A stretch of 64,000 nucleotides of DNA, from contig CP158636.1 of the NCBI GenBank assembly GCA_050273025.1, positions 5,456,001 through 5,520,000 on the forward strand, read 5' to 3'. A program made the position numbers and the translations under genes. This stretch comes from Cenococcum geophilum. Taxonomy: Eukaryota. The notes beneath the pieces are model-generated. The model did no database searches. It was not told the origin of the DNA and saw only the letters and a program-made list of their open reading frames with translations. Of the stretch, positions 1-13,575 are shown piece by piece (position 1 is the first letter of the stretch; the number at the start of each line of letters is the position of its first letter).

Positions 1-369
1 TAGTTATTATAGTTCTGTATATAGCGGTTAATATCTATAATTATTTTAGGCCAGTAGTAGCGGTTGCTAATAATCCTATAGGTTTTATTTTTTTTTAGGG
101 TAGGCCGTAGAGACCTAGGTATGTACTTTAGCAATAAGCCAAGTCCGTAAGTTCTGTTCCTCTACTACTACTAGCTATTTATGGTACTTAAGCAATCCAC
201 TTTTAAGGGACTATGGGCTAAAAACGTTTTTTGCCTTTTTGCGGTACTCCTATAGAGAAGGGGCTGTACGGTTTACTTATAGCAGTTTATTAATAAGGTT
301 TAGTTCTATAGAGTTAATAGGGCATATCTTGGCATCTAAAGAGTCTATCTTTAGTTCTGCCCGTATTTA

Positions 370-584
370 TATAAGGGATATTATTACGGACACCTTAGGT
401 TGCCCTTAGGACAACCCCTAGATGCCCCTTAGATAGTCGCCAGTCACGTGCCGGAGGCACATGCCTGTAGTATATAGTCTCCACGATCCCAGAGGCCTTA
501 CCTCCTTAAGGATTTATCTCTCTCACCAATCTATCCTGTTTTAATCGTGTCCTTATAGCCCCCTGTCTATAAGATCCCCTTATA
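370..584 (+). repeat. 5' LTR of Gypsy B
   Basis: Direct repeat of 9364-9578; termini TATAAGGG...CCCTTATA (RIPed TG...CA). Confidence 0.93.
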
Positions 585-779
585 TTTAAATCCTTCCTAC
601 TCTTTTTTAGAAGGGTAGTCGGCTTTAAGGACCAGATTATTTATTTATATCTTTTGTTTATAACTACTATTCTCCCTTAAAATCTCGCGACGACCTAAAC
701 GGAAACTCTATGGATATCTTATAGAAAGCCGTCGCGCAAAGGTAGGAAGGTCCCTTTAATAGCAAGAGATTGTGATAAT

Positions 780-2345
780 ATAACCCTCTGGGCAAGATGG
801 CTAAACGAGCCCTAATACCCAGATGCTCTAGGAGCTTAAAGACTCTTATACACCTACGGTTACCGCTAAGGAAAATATAGACACCCTCTATAACGGTTAC
901 AACGCTGCTAAAAAGCAACTAGAACCCCTCTGGCCCTACCTAGGCTAATTAAAAGATTAAGCGCTAGAGGTAACCCTAAGATCTTCCCCTAAGCTAGAAA
1001 TGCTAAAGAAATATACTAACGTATCTAACTAGGGACCCAACCAGAACCCTCCCAGAAGACCACTGGCCTATAATTGGCATAGTAGTGGTGTATAAACTGC
1101 TTACAAGCCAAGCGGGCTTACCCCTTTAGGAAATTAAACCTAAATACTAACTTAAGACCTAAGGCTTATTGGGAAACCCGCACTAGCTACTGGTATTAAT
1201 ACTACCTCTATAGTAGGAGCTTCTCTAGGCCCAAGTTTAAAAGGTCAAGAGCCCTATACCAATCTCCTTTAAGACGGATATTAGGAAGCTATCGTAAGGC
1301 TCTTAGAAGCTATGCGGGAGGAAGCCACTAATAAATATATTAGAACCCTTTAAGGGCAAATCTATATCTAGTAGGGTTTAATCTAAGCTAGGCAAATTCT
1401 TTTATAACCTAGTTAAGGCTAAGGGCTTCCTAGGGGCTACTTAGTACCTACCTAAGGAGGTATAGAAGACTTAGAGAGGCACCTACGCAATAAATAGAAA
1501 AAGGATATAGACCGACTGGCTAAGGCCTCTAGTAGTTTAGAACTTCGTTATAGACCTAACGCCTAATAGCTGGACGATTGGGTTTGCGAGGTAGATAACT
1601 TCTTTAAGATGCTAATAATATAAGATAATACCAAAGAGCGTATACGCTGGATTATTAGCAAGATTAAAGACCAATTACTAAACTAGATTGCGCTTAATCA
1701 ACTTAATAAAGAGCAAATTATAATATAGCTACAGCTACAGACCTTCCTAAAGGGTTAGACCTAAGATCTATATATTGTATAATATAACAATATAGAATAA
1801 TTCTGGAATAGTACGCAGCTGGACCGTTAAGACTTCCGCTAGTTTATAAACTTTGTAGAAACTTATACTTAACAAATAGATCTAAAGCCCTTTAAAAATA
1901 AGGACGGTAGCGTTTATAAGAAGGAGAAGATCGGATTTATCTGGGCTAGAATTAAGCTAGCAATTTATAATAAAATAAAGCGCGTAGAAGCCCTACTGCG
2001 GATTACCATATATGCGGATTTTAAACGAGCGGTTCTGAATGCTAAGGATGTAGTAAGGAACTAGACCTCTTCCGGCAGGAAGCTGGGGGGTTACCAGAAG
2101 CGTAGGCACTCTAGTAGTAATATAGGGCAGACTTAACCTTTAAAGAAGCCGTTCTTAAAGAGAACTTTAAAAGGGTTAAAGTTAGGAACCTTAAATAACG
2201 GGAAAGACTCCTGGGGTTAACCTAATACCCATCCGGCACCTTTACGGGAACACTCTAAGAAGTTAAGAGAAAACTCTAGAGGTAGATCCCATTAGAAAAA
2301 TAAGTAGGGTAATAACTGCACTAATAATCCAAAAAAAAAGCCCTA
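780..2345 (+). pseudogene. gag: gag of Gypsy B (RIP pseudogene; boundaries approximate)
   Basis: Lies between the LTR and the protease; de-RIPed reading such as LDDWVREVDNFF..RIRWIVSKI. Confidence 0.65.
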
Positions 2346-2399
2346 GTCGCGGACCTTTCCCAGCTATAACTAGGGTAAGATATAGAAAAAGAGACTCTC

Positions 2400-5300
2400 C
2401 GTATTGCTATTAAGCTAGAAATAATACTTCCTATAGGTAAGGTATAATAGTTCCAAGCACTATATAATAGCGGCGCTGAAATTAATCTTATATAATATAA
2501 TTTGGTAAAAGAGTATAAACTTATCCTATTATAAAGGTGGTGGAAACCTATTATAGGCTTCCTAGATAAGTATTAGATTAAGCTATATAGTGCCTATAAG
2601 CTTATAGTATTAGTAGCTGATATATATAACCGCACTAAGGTAGTTAGCCCGCAACCCTTCTAGGTAGCTAACTTCGTAGGTTATAACCTTATCCTTAGAT
2701 ACCCTTAGCTTGCGGAAGTAAATCCTAAGATACGCTTTAAGACTGGAGCCTTTAAATAGTGGAATAATAAAGATTTAAAAGGGCGTATATTACTAATAAG
2801 CCTAAAGGATATCCTAGAGAATGTAGCCCTAGGTAAAATAGTATACACTCTATACCTAAAGGAGTATTAGATCTAACCCCTATTTAATAGCAAGATGGGT
2901 ATAAAGCCTAGTATAGGTAATAACCCCTTTATAACGGAAACCCTATAGGGAACTGCTAGATAGGTCGCGGAGACATTGTAGGGAGGCGGCGATCTTAAGG
3001 ATCTTATAAGATACTTTAACCGCTACGGGTTACTCTGGCTTAAGCAATATATAGAGAGTATACTACGGCACCTTAAACGCTGCGTTAAGGAGTTCCTTAC
3101 CCTCTATTAGCTACCGTATAAAACGGTTTAATATACGGTGGCAACTATATATAAGCAACTACTATAGCGCACGACGCTGCCTGTAAGTATCCTAAGGGAG
3201 CTCTGGGATCTACTTAACGATAATATAGAGGATAAACGCGACCCCGATTTATTAAATATTCTAGTAGGCCTAAGGGACTTACTAAGGGTATTTTTAGGTA
3301 GGAGAGCTAAAGTCCTACCGTAGAACTTGGAGTATAATTATATAATTAATCTAAAAGAAGGTAAGTAACCACCAAACCTTCCTATCTATAACCTCTTGCG
3401 TAAAGAGCTTAAGATTCTATGGGAGTACCTTAATGGCTTATTGGAAAAGGGATGGATCCGGCCTAATAAGTTGCCGTTAGGCACGCTAATCCTCTTTATC
3501 CTAAAACTAGATAGAACTATAAGGCTATATATAGACTATTATAGTCTTAATAAGATTATAATTAAGAACTGTTACCTACTATTACTAGTTAGTAAAATGC
3601 TGGATTAACTATCTAGGGCGAAGATCTTTATAAAGTTGGATCTATAAGACGCCTATTATAGGCTCCGTATTAAAGAAGGGGATAAGTAAAAGACCGCGTT
3701 TAAGACCTAATACGGCTACTTTAAGTATCTGGTAATGCCTTTTAGGCTAGCTAATACGCCTATAATATTCTAATTATATATTTACAGAGCCTTAGGGGGA
3801 CTAGTTAACCGCATATATATTATTTATTTAGATAACATCTTAATCTACTTAGAAGATAAGGATTAATATAAGCAATACGTCTGCGAAGTGCTAGAACGTT
3901 TAGATAATTAGGGCCTTTACGCTAAGGCGTTAAAGTATATCTTTAATACCAAGTAGGTTAATTTCCTGGGGTATATTATAATGCCTATAGGTGTAGTTAT
4001 AGACCTAGTAAGGGTATAGATAATCTAGGAGTAGCCAGAGCTAGAGAGCTACTAGGATGTTTAGGCTTTGCCAATTTCTATAGGCGCTTTATCTATAACT
4101 ACTTGGATATCGCCTGATACCTATCTAACTATATTATAGAAGCTTCCTAAGACCTAACCTAAGGAGCAAAAAGCTTAAAGGCGGTAAGAAAGAAAACTAA
4201 AAAGGGACTTACTAAATAGTATAAGCCATGGTTATAGCTTAGAAAGGTTTAAAAGGCCTTCTAAAAACTTTATATAAAGTTTATAGAAGCTCTATTACTG
4301 CGGTATTTTAACCTAGATTAGCCATTAATAATGATTACTAATGTATTAAATTTTGCCCTTACTAGTATCCTACTATAACCTAATAGGCATCCAGACGCTA
4401 CCTAGCTCCATTAGAGACTAGTAGCATTTTATAGCAGAAAATTCCAGGGACCTAAAGTTAGGTATTATCCCATGCGCCGTCAAGGTGCTCCTTTTATTGT
4501 GGCCCGTGCGCGAACACCAAAACATCAACACGCGTCTCTCTATAGCTTCTTATCGTGATTAAACCACCACAATGGGCTGCAAACGTTCTTCTAATGATGC
4601 AGACCTTGTTTAACCTAGAGTCGAATTATATATTAAATTTAAGCTTTATTACTATAATATTGGGTTATAATTAATTAATTAAATCTACAACTTTATTTTG
4701 CCAAGACTTAATTAAATCTAGAGCCTCTGGTTGGCTCAGGAAAAGGAGCACCTTTTGTGACGGCGCATGGGATACCCACGATAAGGAACTACTAGCTATA
4801 GTTAACTGCTTTAAATAGTGGCGACACTACCTTAAGCATACGAGCTATACCACTTATATACTTTTAGATTACTATAATCTACGCTACTTTATAACTATAA
4901 AGGAGCTTATACCTTAATAAGCTAGATAGGTAGAGGAGCTTATATAATTTAATTTTAAGATTGAATACAAGCTAGGGGAAAACAACCCTGCTAATAAACC
5001 GTTACGACGGCTAGACTATACTAAAGGCTTTAAAACGGGAGAAGGAAAACAGATAATAAATATCTTACTCCCTATATTATAGAATAAGCTTTGGGTGTAG
5101 AATACTTAAGTACCCATAGCTCTATATACTAAGTCTTAAGTAGTGCAAGCCCTATTAGTTTCTACTAACGTTCTGGCTGGTACCCGGTCCGTTGCCGATA
5201 AGGGTCTAAATATACCTAGACAGGACGTCCCTAATACATTCTTGGAACCTAGTGATACACTATCTCTAATTACTAAGCTATCCCCTTAAATAAATAGCGA

Positions 5301-7060
5301 AGCCATAGAGCAATTGGAACTTGGAGCCCTATAATAACTAAAGGACTTTAACCTTATAGCGGCCTTCCTAATATACGCGTATTAAAGAGTTATAAGATCT
5401 ATAGTACTATCTAGTCTTATACTTAGAGTAGTATAGGACGAAATAGCTTTTACTTAGAAACCATCTAAAGGGTTAATAGATCTTATTTATGAGGTGCAAT
5501 AGAGGGACGCTTCCTATACCATTCTTAATATAGAAGTAGACCGGAAACGTAACGGAAAGGAAGCTGCTAGGCGCCACTATTAGGAACTAGACCCGATAGG
5601 CCTATTATATAAAGGTAGCAAGGTTTAGGTGCTATAAGAAGTAAATCTACAATAGAAGATTCTTATAAAGAATTACGATAATCCTCTAGGCGGCCACTAT
5701 AGTTAAGCAAAAATAGTGGAATTACTTTAGCGCAAATACTATTGGCTAAGGCTTAATTAGGAAGCAAAGGAGTACATTAGCTATTGCGAGAAGTGTTAAG
5801 TATATAAGATCCGCAGGTACAAGCCATGGGGTCTATTTAAATTAGTTCCCCCTGCTAGTGAGCTATAGTAATATTACGCCATAGACTTTATTACGGATCT
5901 CCCGCTATCTAAAGATGGCTAAGAACAAATATACAATTTGGTTCTTATACTTATTAATAGGTTTTTAAAGTACGTCTAATACCTTCCCGTTAATAAGATA
6001 ATTAACGCACAAGAGCTCGCCAACCTAATTAAGGAGAAATGCTTTCTTAAAGTAGATTAGCTATACTCTATTATTACTAATAGGGGCAGCGTCTTTATAA
6101 GCTAATACTAGTTAGACCTATGCTTCTATTTAAAGATAGACTACTAGTATAATACGGCTTTATACCTATAGACGGATGGGTAAACGAAACACTAGAACTA
6201 GGAACTGGAGTCTTACCTATGGATATATTTAAACTACTAGCAAGACAACTAGTGCGAGCTACTTCCGTATATAGAGTATGCTTATAATTTAAAGTAATAT
6301 ATATTATATAAGTATGCACCAATCCAGATTACCTATAGCGTTTAACTATTTAGGTTTAATAGTATACCTAATAATTACTGGCTAAGGCCGTATAATTAGT
6401 TATGGGATCCTACTGGGAAGTTAAAGGACATCCATTGGAGAGTATAAGGATATCTCTAAGAATGGGAGAAGTAATAGAAGTATGCGAAGCAGAGCCTACA
6501 AGATGCCCAAGAGTAGTAGAGACTTTGGTATAACCGTAAGCACTAGGATAAGCATTTCGGAGTAGGCGATAAGGTTCTATTATGTTTAACAAATATTAAG
6601 ACCTATCGACTATTAAAGAAGCTTAATATAAGATACCTAGGTCCCTTCTAAGTTAAGGAACGAATTAGCAAGCTAGCCTATTGTCTTTAGCTACCCTTAT
6701 CTATGGCCTATATGTATCTAATGTTTTATATAAACCTACTGGAGCTATAGTATAGACTACTACCGGAAAAGAACTTCCGCCTAGGCCTAATTAAACACCC
6801 TAAGGTGGTAGGCGAGCGGTACGAGGTTAAAGCTATACTACGCCATAAGTCTGTTAAGAATAAGCTTTAATTTAAAGTTAAATAGCTAGGCTAGCCCGCT
6901 AAGGACTCTATATAGAAACTAGAGGATTACCTTAATTATTATAAAGATATTCTAAAAGAATATTAGGACTAAGGTCTATAATCTATAAGTCGTAGAAAGC
7001 GCTCTAATACTATGGTGTTATTACAACCTATAAAGAAAGCTTGTAAAAAGAGTAAATAGG
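2400..7060 (+). pseudogene. pol: pol of Gypsy B: protease, RT, RNase H, integrase, chromodomain
   Basis: [D]SGAEINLI (~2470); RT ORF fragment 3396-3608 and YLD[D]ILIY (~3825); THDKELLA (~4775); integrase HHCC and DFITDLP (~5885); chromodomain RYEVEAILRH..KVKWLGW (~6815-6970). Confidence 0.9.
4469..4771. mobile_element. 303-bp MITE with CCC termini and a 2-bp TSD (CMC/EnSpm-like), inserted in Gypsy B RNase H
   Basis: TIR CCCATGCGCCGTCA..AGGTGCTCCTTTT at both ends (4-nt indel); AT duplicated at 4467-4468 and 4772-4773; removing it restores RYYTHDKELL. Confidence 0.88.
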
Positions 7061-7649
7061 TTAAATCGGATATAGAACGGACAGGCTCCGGAAACTATAG
7101 GGATAGGGCTACGGCCTAAGGCAGGATAGGTCCTTAGCCTTTTCATATATATAGTATAGAGTTGATAGGGTATTTTGCTAGAATTGTATTCCTATTTATT
7201 AATCTATACTAGGAATATTATTTCTAGGACTTCTAAGCCCTTTTTAAAAGCCTTATAAGGCCTTCCTAAGCACCTAATTAAGGTCCTTAATTGCTACTAT
7301 GTATAAAAACGAATCCTAAAAGTCTAAACCACAAATGCCTAATCTGAAAAGCCACTACGCCGCATTATTATTAGGAGTAGGATTAGTGTCCATTGGGCCA
7401 CTAAGTAATGGCTGACGAGAATGGGATCTAGATGCCTTAGTAGGTATATAAATAGGCATGAAAACAGGGGTAGGATAATGAGGTATAGCTAGAGCAGAGA
7501 CTCTTAAACGCTTAATACTAATATTAGGTCCAAACCAATACTAACAAAGCTCTTAGGGAGTAAGCTTATAGTTAATAAAGATATACTTAAGCCCAGAATA
7601 AATAGAGATGTTAGCTGGCTAGTACAGTCCAGAACCACCAAGACCTTAC

Positions 7650-8285
7650 TATAGCAACTATTAGTTACCTATCCGCTAGGTACCCAAAGGGTAACCTACC
7701 TAATACTACATCATGTTATACTCTTTTGAAACTTAACGCGTATACGCGAACTCCTTCCTATAGTAGACAGCGACCTTCTTCTTATTACCCCTATCCCGCA
7801 CCCTATCCTTAGTATACTAACCTTACTTTTATATTAGGCGTTACTAGCTAGCTTGCTAAGAATTATAGGCGGTGTAGATAGCTATAGTATAGTCTTAAAT
7901 ACGACTAAGACGTTTAGTATTGGCGCTAGAATAAGACAAAGCCCGGGCAATATAGTAGTTAAGGACATTAAAGGATTGTCGCCACTTAGGCCCAGGCTAT
8001 TAAAGCTTAAAGTTAGTAATGGAAATCTATTAAGAATAGAAAAACTCACCTTAATGTAACTGCCGCTTTTAGTACGTATGCATTAATTACAAGGACTAAA
8101 GGTATTAGATCTAACGCAGTACGTCTTATTATAAGCCTCCATAATCCTATTATTAGATTTCTGGTTTTTTAAAGACGTGCAGGCAAAATTATTTAGGTAG
8201 GACTAGCACCAGTTACGGGTTAGCGGAGGTTAGGGTTCTATATATAAAGGCAGGGCTAGGATACGCTATGGAATTTACTTAGAAG
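7650..8285 (-). pseudogene. Antisense, intron-containing Cys-rich ORF in the 3' region of Gypsy B (true extent uncertain)
   Basis: De-RIPed frame WCWSCLNNFA...HCVRSDTFGPCNQCIRTKSGSC, then an intron GTGAGT..CTAAC..TAG at 8049-7997 and a continuing exon; another branch site/acceptor lies near 8280-8295. Confidence 0.5.
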
Positions 8286-9363
8286 AGCAGTTAGTAGGAG
8301 AATAAAGAGGTATATTAAATTAATAATAAAAAAGATGAAAATCTTAATAATATATTAAAGATACGTCTAAATTGGACAAAGGTTAATAATGGGAAGTAAG
8401 GTATTAAGGAAAAGGATTAAGCTTAATAAGCAAAGTGTCTTTATACTTTACCATCTAATACCCTTTTAGCGAATAGCCGCAACCTTGCCAATATAACTCC
8501 GTTACAATAGCGTTATTTAGAAGGAAGGAAACACGCGTATAAGTTATTTAACCATCACTTCCTTATAAAAACTAACTACGCGGCTAGGGGAAGGCAATTA
8601 AGACGTTAAATTAAAGACGTATATAGGTTAAATTAGACCTAAAATAATACTATAGTATTAAAGAACAATGTTATAGACGTTCTTGACAATCGCATAATAG
8701 CTACAATTACTATCGCGAAATGTCCCTAATTGCTAGGTAGTAGAGCTACGCCAAATATACAGTATAGGACTACTAGATTTAAAAGTATATACACCAAATC
8801 TTAAGAGATAAGTCTCTTTAACTAACTAATTAATACCTTAACCGTATTTAATAGCCTAAGGGCAAATACGGGAGCAACGCGTTAGTGACGCAGAGGATTA
8901 TAAGAAAAGGATTATAAGAAAGAATTATAGACTACATCTTAGCAGTTAAAGACGACGGTAAGCTAAGGCTCTATATATTAAATCCCATACCAAAAGGTTC
9001 TACGGAACTATACTGGAATACTAAATTGCCTATAATACTTGTAATTAATTACAAACCGGTATAAAGGCTTAGAAGTAGAGTTATATAAAAATCCCTATGT
9101 TAGCCTAGGTAGTCACCAGCATGCTTCTAGTAGGCTTCTAATAGGTCTCCTAGCAATCCTCACGTCTTTTCTCTAATTATGTTTTTTCCTTATTAAGGTT
9201 TTTTAGGAGTTTAAAGCAGGGGTTAGATAGATAGATAATATATAGTGGCATACCAATACCTCTCTAATATCTCTCCGAACCTCTTTTAGAACGAGCCCTT
9301 ATAATCTCCCTACCGTAAGGTAACGGCGATCGGGGGCTGACCGTAGGAAGGGAGGGGGGGCAA

Positions 9364-9578
9364 TATAAGGGATATTATTACGGACACCTCGGGTTGCCCT
9401 TAGGATAACCCCCAAACGCCCCTTAGATGGTCACCAGTTACGTGCTAGAGGCACGTGCCCGTAGTATATAGTCTCCACAATCCCAGAGGCCTTACCTCCT
9501 TAAGGATTCATCTCTTTTACCAATTTATCCTGTTCTAATTGTGTCCTTATAGCCCCCTGTCTACAAGATCCCCTTATA
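9364..9578 (+). repeat. 3' LTR of Gypsy B
   Basis: Matches 370-584; preceded by the PPT GGAAGGGAGGGGGGG. Confidence 0.93.
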
Positions 9579-11733
9579 ATTTAAGAGTTAAGGTGCTCTA
9601 GTTATAGTAGCGCTTAGGTCTATAATAAGATCTTTACGGCTATCTAGTTATTTATATCCTATTTACGCCTTATAAGAGTGTCTGTACAGTTAGTGGCGCC
9701 TAGCCTATATATAATTAGGAAGTTAAACTAAGATAGGGTGTTCGCCTAGCGCGCCTATTAGGCTATAAGGGCCTTTATTATTATAAAATATTCTAAGGCC
9801 TTATAATTGGAAACTACCTAAATAGACTTAGGGGTGCCTTCTAGTTAGGCTCGCTAGTGCTAAAAGCTAGAGATAATAGCCGGTATTTCTTTGTCGTAAA
9901 TTAGGTAGTTTAGCTTAATATTTACTATAGTCTTTAAATAGTAAGCAATAGGGTGCTATTCTCCGTTTATTTACTTTTAGGAGTAAACGCCAGCTATAAT
10001 ACTATCTAAGGCATCGGTTTTTAGCATTAAGGGCTATTCTAGGTTAAAGTGGGCGAGTAAGGGAGTAGAGACCAGTCGTTTCTTAAACTTGTTAAAGGCC
10101 TGCCTATATACGGTATTAAAGTGAAAGGGCCGGTCTTTATAGGTAAGTAGGCTTAGTAGCCAGGCAATTCTACTATAGTTCTTAATAAAGCGTTGGTAGA
10201 AGTTATAGAACCCTAAGAATAACTATACCCCCTTTACGGTCCTTGGGGGTACCTATTAGTTAATTACAGCCGTCTTTTCTAGGTCTGCTTTAATCCCGTT
10301 TATACTAATAATAAACCCTAGGTACTTTATATACTTAACACTAAATTCTAACTTCTTAATATTAGCTTAGAGGCTAGCTTCCTAAAGCCGTTATAGGACT
10401 TTATAGATATACTCTTTATATTCTAGTTTATTTTTAAAGTAGATTATAATATTATCTAGGTATACTATATAGAAGTTATTAAGGTAGTTAAATAGTACGT
10501 TATTTATATATTGTTGGTAGGTGGCCGGTCCGTTAGTTAGTCTAAAAGGCAATATTTTATATTTATACGTTCCGTAACGGGTTTAAAATATAGTAAGGTT
10601 TTCTAATTTAGGGTCTATCCTAATCTGGTAAAAAGCCTAGCGGATATTAAGCTTTGTAAAGATCTTAGCTTTACTTATTTGGGCTAAAGTCTTATTAAGT
10701 AAAGGCAGTGGGTAGCGGTCTTTAAGGGTTAAATTATTAAGCTTATGGTAGTCGATATAGAAACAAAGTCCTTTATTTAGCTTTTTGGTAAAGAGAATGG
10801 GTAAATTAAAAGGGGCTTAACTAGGCTTAATAAAGCCCTTATCTAGGTTATTAATAAGATACTACTTTATAGCCTATAATTCGGCAGTAGATTGCTATTA
10901 AAGGGGGCTATAGCTAAGGGTAACTATCTTATCCGGCTTAATTTTAATCTTATAGTTATACGGTTAGTAAGGCGGGAGTATATTAAACGCTACTTTAAAG
11001 AAGGTATCTTTAAATTTCTAGTATTAACGGGGCAGTTTCTGTTCTACTAGCTCCTTATCTATAAGCTTACCTTTCTTTTAGGCTAGGGCTTCTTTCTCTT
11101 TAACTATTTAATTAATTTCGTATAAGCTAGTTATAAAGGCAACGGTATTAGGCTAAACTAGGCTTTAGTAGAATCCTATAGCGCTAATATAGCAAATATC
11201 GACTAGCGGGAGGTCTGTAGGTTTCTTTACGGATATTTATTAGGCCGTATTTTACGGTATAGAGTTTATAGTCTTCCTTAGCTTACATTTTATTTTCCGT
11301 AAGTTGTCCTTTTAGTTTATTAGTTCAGTATATTGTCTAATATCCCTAGCCTTTTTTGTAGCTATATAGGGCCTAAGTTCTCTATTAGGGACTTAGCTAG
11401 GCCACTACTAACTTCCTAAGTCTTTAGTGCGGGTAGTATAACATAGGCAGTTTAGGGGCGACGTAGTATACAGATCTGTTACGGATTAAGCTGTATATCC
11501 TTCTTAAAAGCCTAGTCCCTATACGTCGCATCGGCCTAGTAAACAGTGTTTATTTACGGCCGTATAAGGTTTTCTATTATAATATTAATCTCTTTTATAA
11601 AGGAAGGCGTTAGGGGCATAGTTTTAGGCTAGATAAGCTGCTTATTCTATATATTAAGCTATAAGCCTAAATAGGCTAGCTATTTTCTCCCTAAGATTAT
11701 ATTATAACTTCTAAGGTCCGTAATAAGGAAGGG

Positions 11734-11818
11734 GCCCGCGAAGCCCTACTATACGCGTCTACGTCGCCGCGGGTGGAAACATTATCAGGAAATCGTTCCT
11801 TTTAATGGCCAAGTGTAG
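11734..11818 (+). ncRNA. HDV-like self-cleaving ribozyme (two RIP-type C>T changes)
   Basis: P1 GCCCGCG(11734-40)/CGCGGGT(11768-74) with G1-U wobble; P2 CTATAC(11749-54)/GTGTAG(11813-18); P3 GCG/CGC around L3 TCTACGT; GG(11775-76) for P1.1; P4 CATTA..AGGAA-ATCG-TTCCT..TAATG; J4/2 G-C-C-A-A with candidate catalytic C11809. Confidence 0.85.
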
Positions 11819-12355
11819 AGGCGATGGTAGAGAGCCGTCGCAGCGCGTGCAGCGCGCTGTCGCTACGGTTCTGTGGTGTTGAGCTCGCGACGCGTACGCA
11901 TCGCCCTCAACAACACTAGGAGCCTTACTGCCTCCGCTTAAGGCTCCTGCTATACCACCTAGGGAGGCCTATTAAGGGAAACTAAGATACGAAAACCACC
12001 CAATATACAACTACCTGGCTCGTAGCTAGGCCCAAAACTAGCCTTATTATAGCTAGTCGACATAGACGCGTCCTAGTTATATAACAGGACACCCTTAGGC
12101 TTGCACTAGCTCTAAGATCACAAAGGGATACGGCGAGGGCATAGGGAACCTCTTTTTATAAGAACTTATTAAGGTTAACGCGTCGCAGATACCTCATACA
12201 AAACTTATTAAGGCCCTAAGGCCACCGCAAAGAACTTGTTAAGGCCCTACCTAGAGAACTCATTAAGGCCCCCCTACTAGGGCCTATCTGGTATCCGACA
12301 CCCAGGTGACTTAGAAGAGGGTCTTAATAGGCATAGTGCGCGCGACCTGGACAGA

Positions 12356-12424
12356 GACGCGACAGCGACGCGACAGCGACGCGACAGCAACGCGACAGCG
12401 ACGCAATAGCGACGCGACGGCGAC
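12356..12424 (+). repeat. 11-bp tandem repeat (GACGCGACAGC) x~6
   Basis: Read directly from the sequence. Confidence 0.85.
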
Positions 12425-13575
12425 CAGACGGCTCAACGAGGTAGAAACACGGGCAAAGCTCTAGGTAGCGGAAACACAGGCCAGCTTCGACGGCCCTATA
12501 GCGTTCAACCTACGGTCGCAGGTAACTTATAGGAGGGTCTTAATAGGCGTAGTGCACGCAACCTAACGCACATATATATAAGGCGACTTATAGGAGGGTC
12601 TTAATAGGCGTGGTGCACACAACCTAATACACATATATGGGGGAGGCTGTAGGGGAAATACAGGCCAGTTAGACGAGGTTGCGATAGTTAGAGACACAGG
12701 CTAGCTTATAAGAAGGGGGGATATAAGCTTAGTTAGTAGGAGAGGGGGGAGCAGGTCGCCCGGCACGGGACCCGTTCTATAGCCCCCTCCTACAAGACAC
12801 AGTCGGCCTATTATAAGGAGACTTTTATAGGCAACGCGAAACGGGAACTAGCAGTAGTATAGGGTGTAGCGCCCCTATACTACTACAGCCTCCTATAGGG
12901 CGTAGTGCGTAGTAGCTACTGCTAGCTTTAGGGACCTTACCCCTTAGCTAGGCTCTAACCCCTAGTGCACCTAGTAGGCAGGTAGGATTACGTCCTAGCC
13001 GGAGAGACTATTACATAGCTTAAGAGAACAAATGCGCGTATTAGTATACCAATAGATAGGACTGCTCGCTAGGGCAATATACTAGTAAAATACGCTTAAG
13101 AAGCAAACAGGAGTTACTTAGGCAGGGAAGGCTTTTTAGCTAGGCCTTAACCGTAGAAGGTACCTAAGGCTTCCACATTGCAGAATACAGCTATAACGCC
13201 CTTATAAGATTACGTCAGTAGGCGCGTAAGACGGGAGTTGCGACCCCTGTAAATGGCAGCTTAAGCCCATACCGGCGAAAACAATAACAAGAGGCGTGAA
13301 ACTAGAGGCTATAGAAGGCTCCTAAGCCATACGAAAGCGTACTAACTCTAGGAGGAGACTCTTATATAAACTACTAGGGGGCAGACTAGTACTTAGGTTA
13401 ATCCTATTATAAGATACCTAAGAGAACTAGTGAAATTCCCCGTATTATTAGTAGTAGCAGCCAACTGCTTGTAGAAAGCCCTAAGCCCTAGGGCTTAGTA
13501 AGGGAAAGCTACTCAAAAACTAAGGTAGAGGCCTGGATAAGCAGGCATGTCGAACTCTACTATATAACTACCTGT

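Larger units (their letters stand above)
370..9578 (+). mobile_element. Full-length chromoviral Ty3/Gypsy retrotransposon B (RIP-inactivated)
   Basis: 215-bp LTRs at 370-584 and 9364-9578, ATTTA TSD at 365-369 and 9579-9583, polypurine tract at ~9343-9360, and gag-PR-RT-RH-INT-chromodomain order. Confidence 0.95.

Noticed and set aside
11735..11750. CCC terminus suggesting a CACTA/EnSpm DNA transposon
   Set aside because: No matching TIR was found; the element ends in poly(A) with a 13-bp TSD, and the CCC is ribozyme P1.
13255..13285. Hammerhead-like stem II followed by GAAA (GCC-CATACC-GGC-GAAA)
   Set aside because: The CUGANGA core is absent even after reverting RIP.
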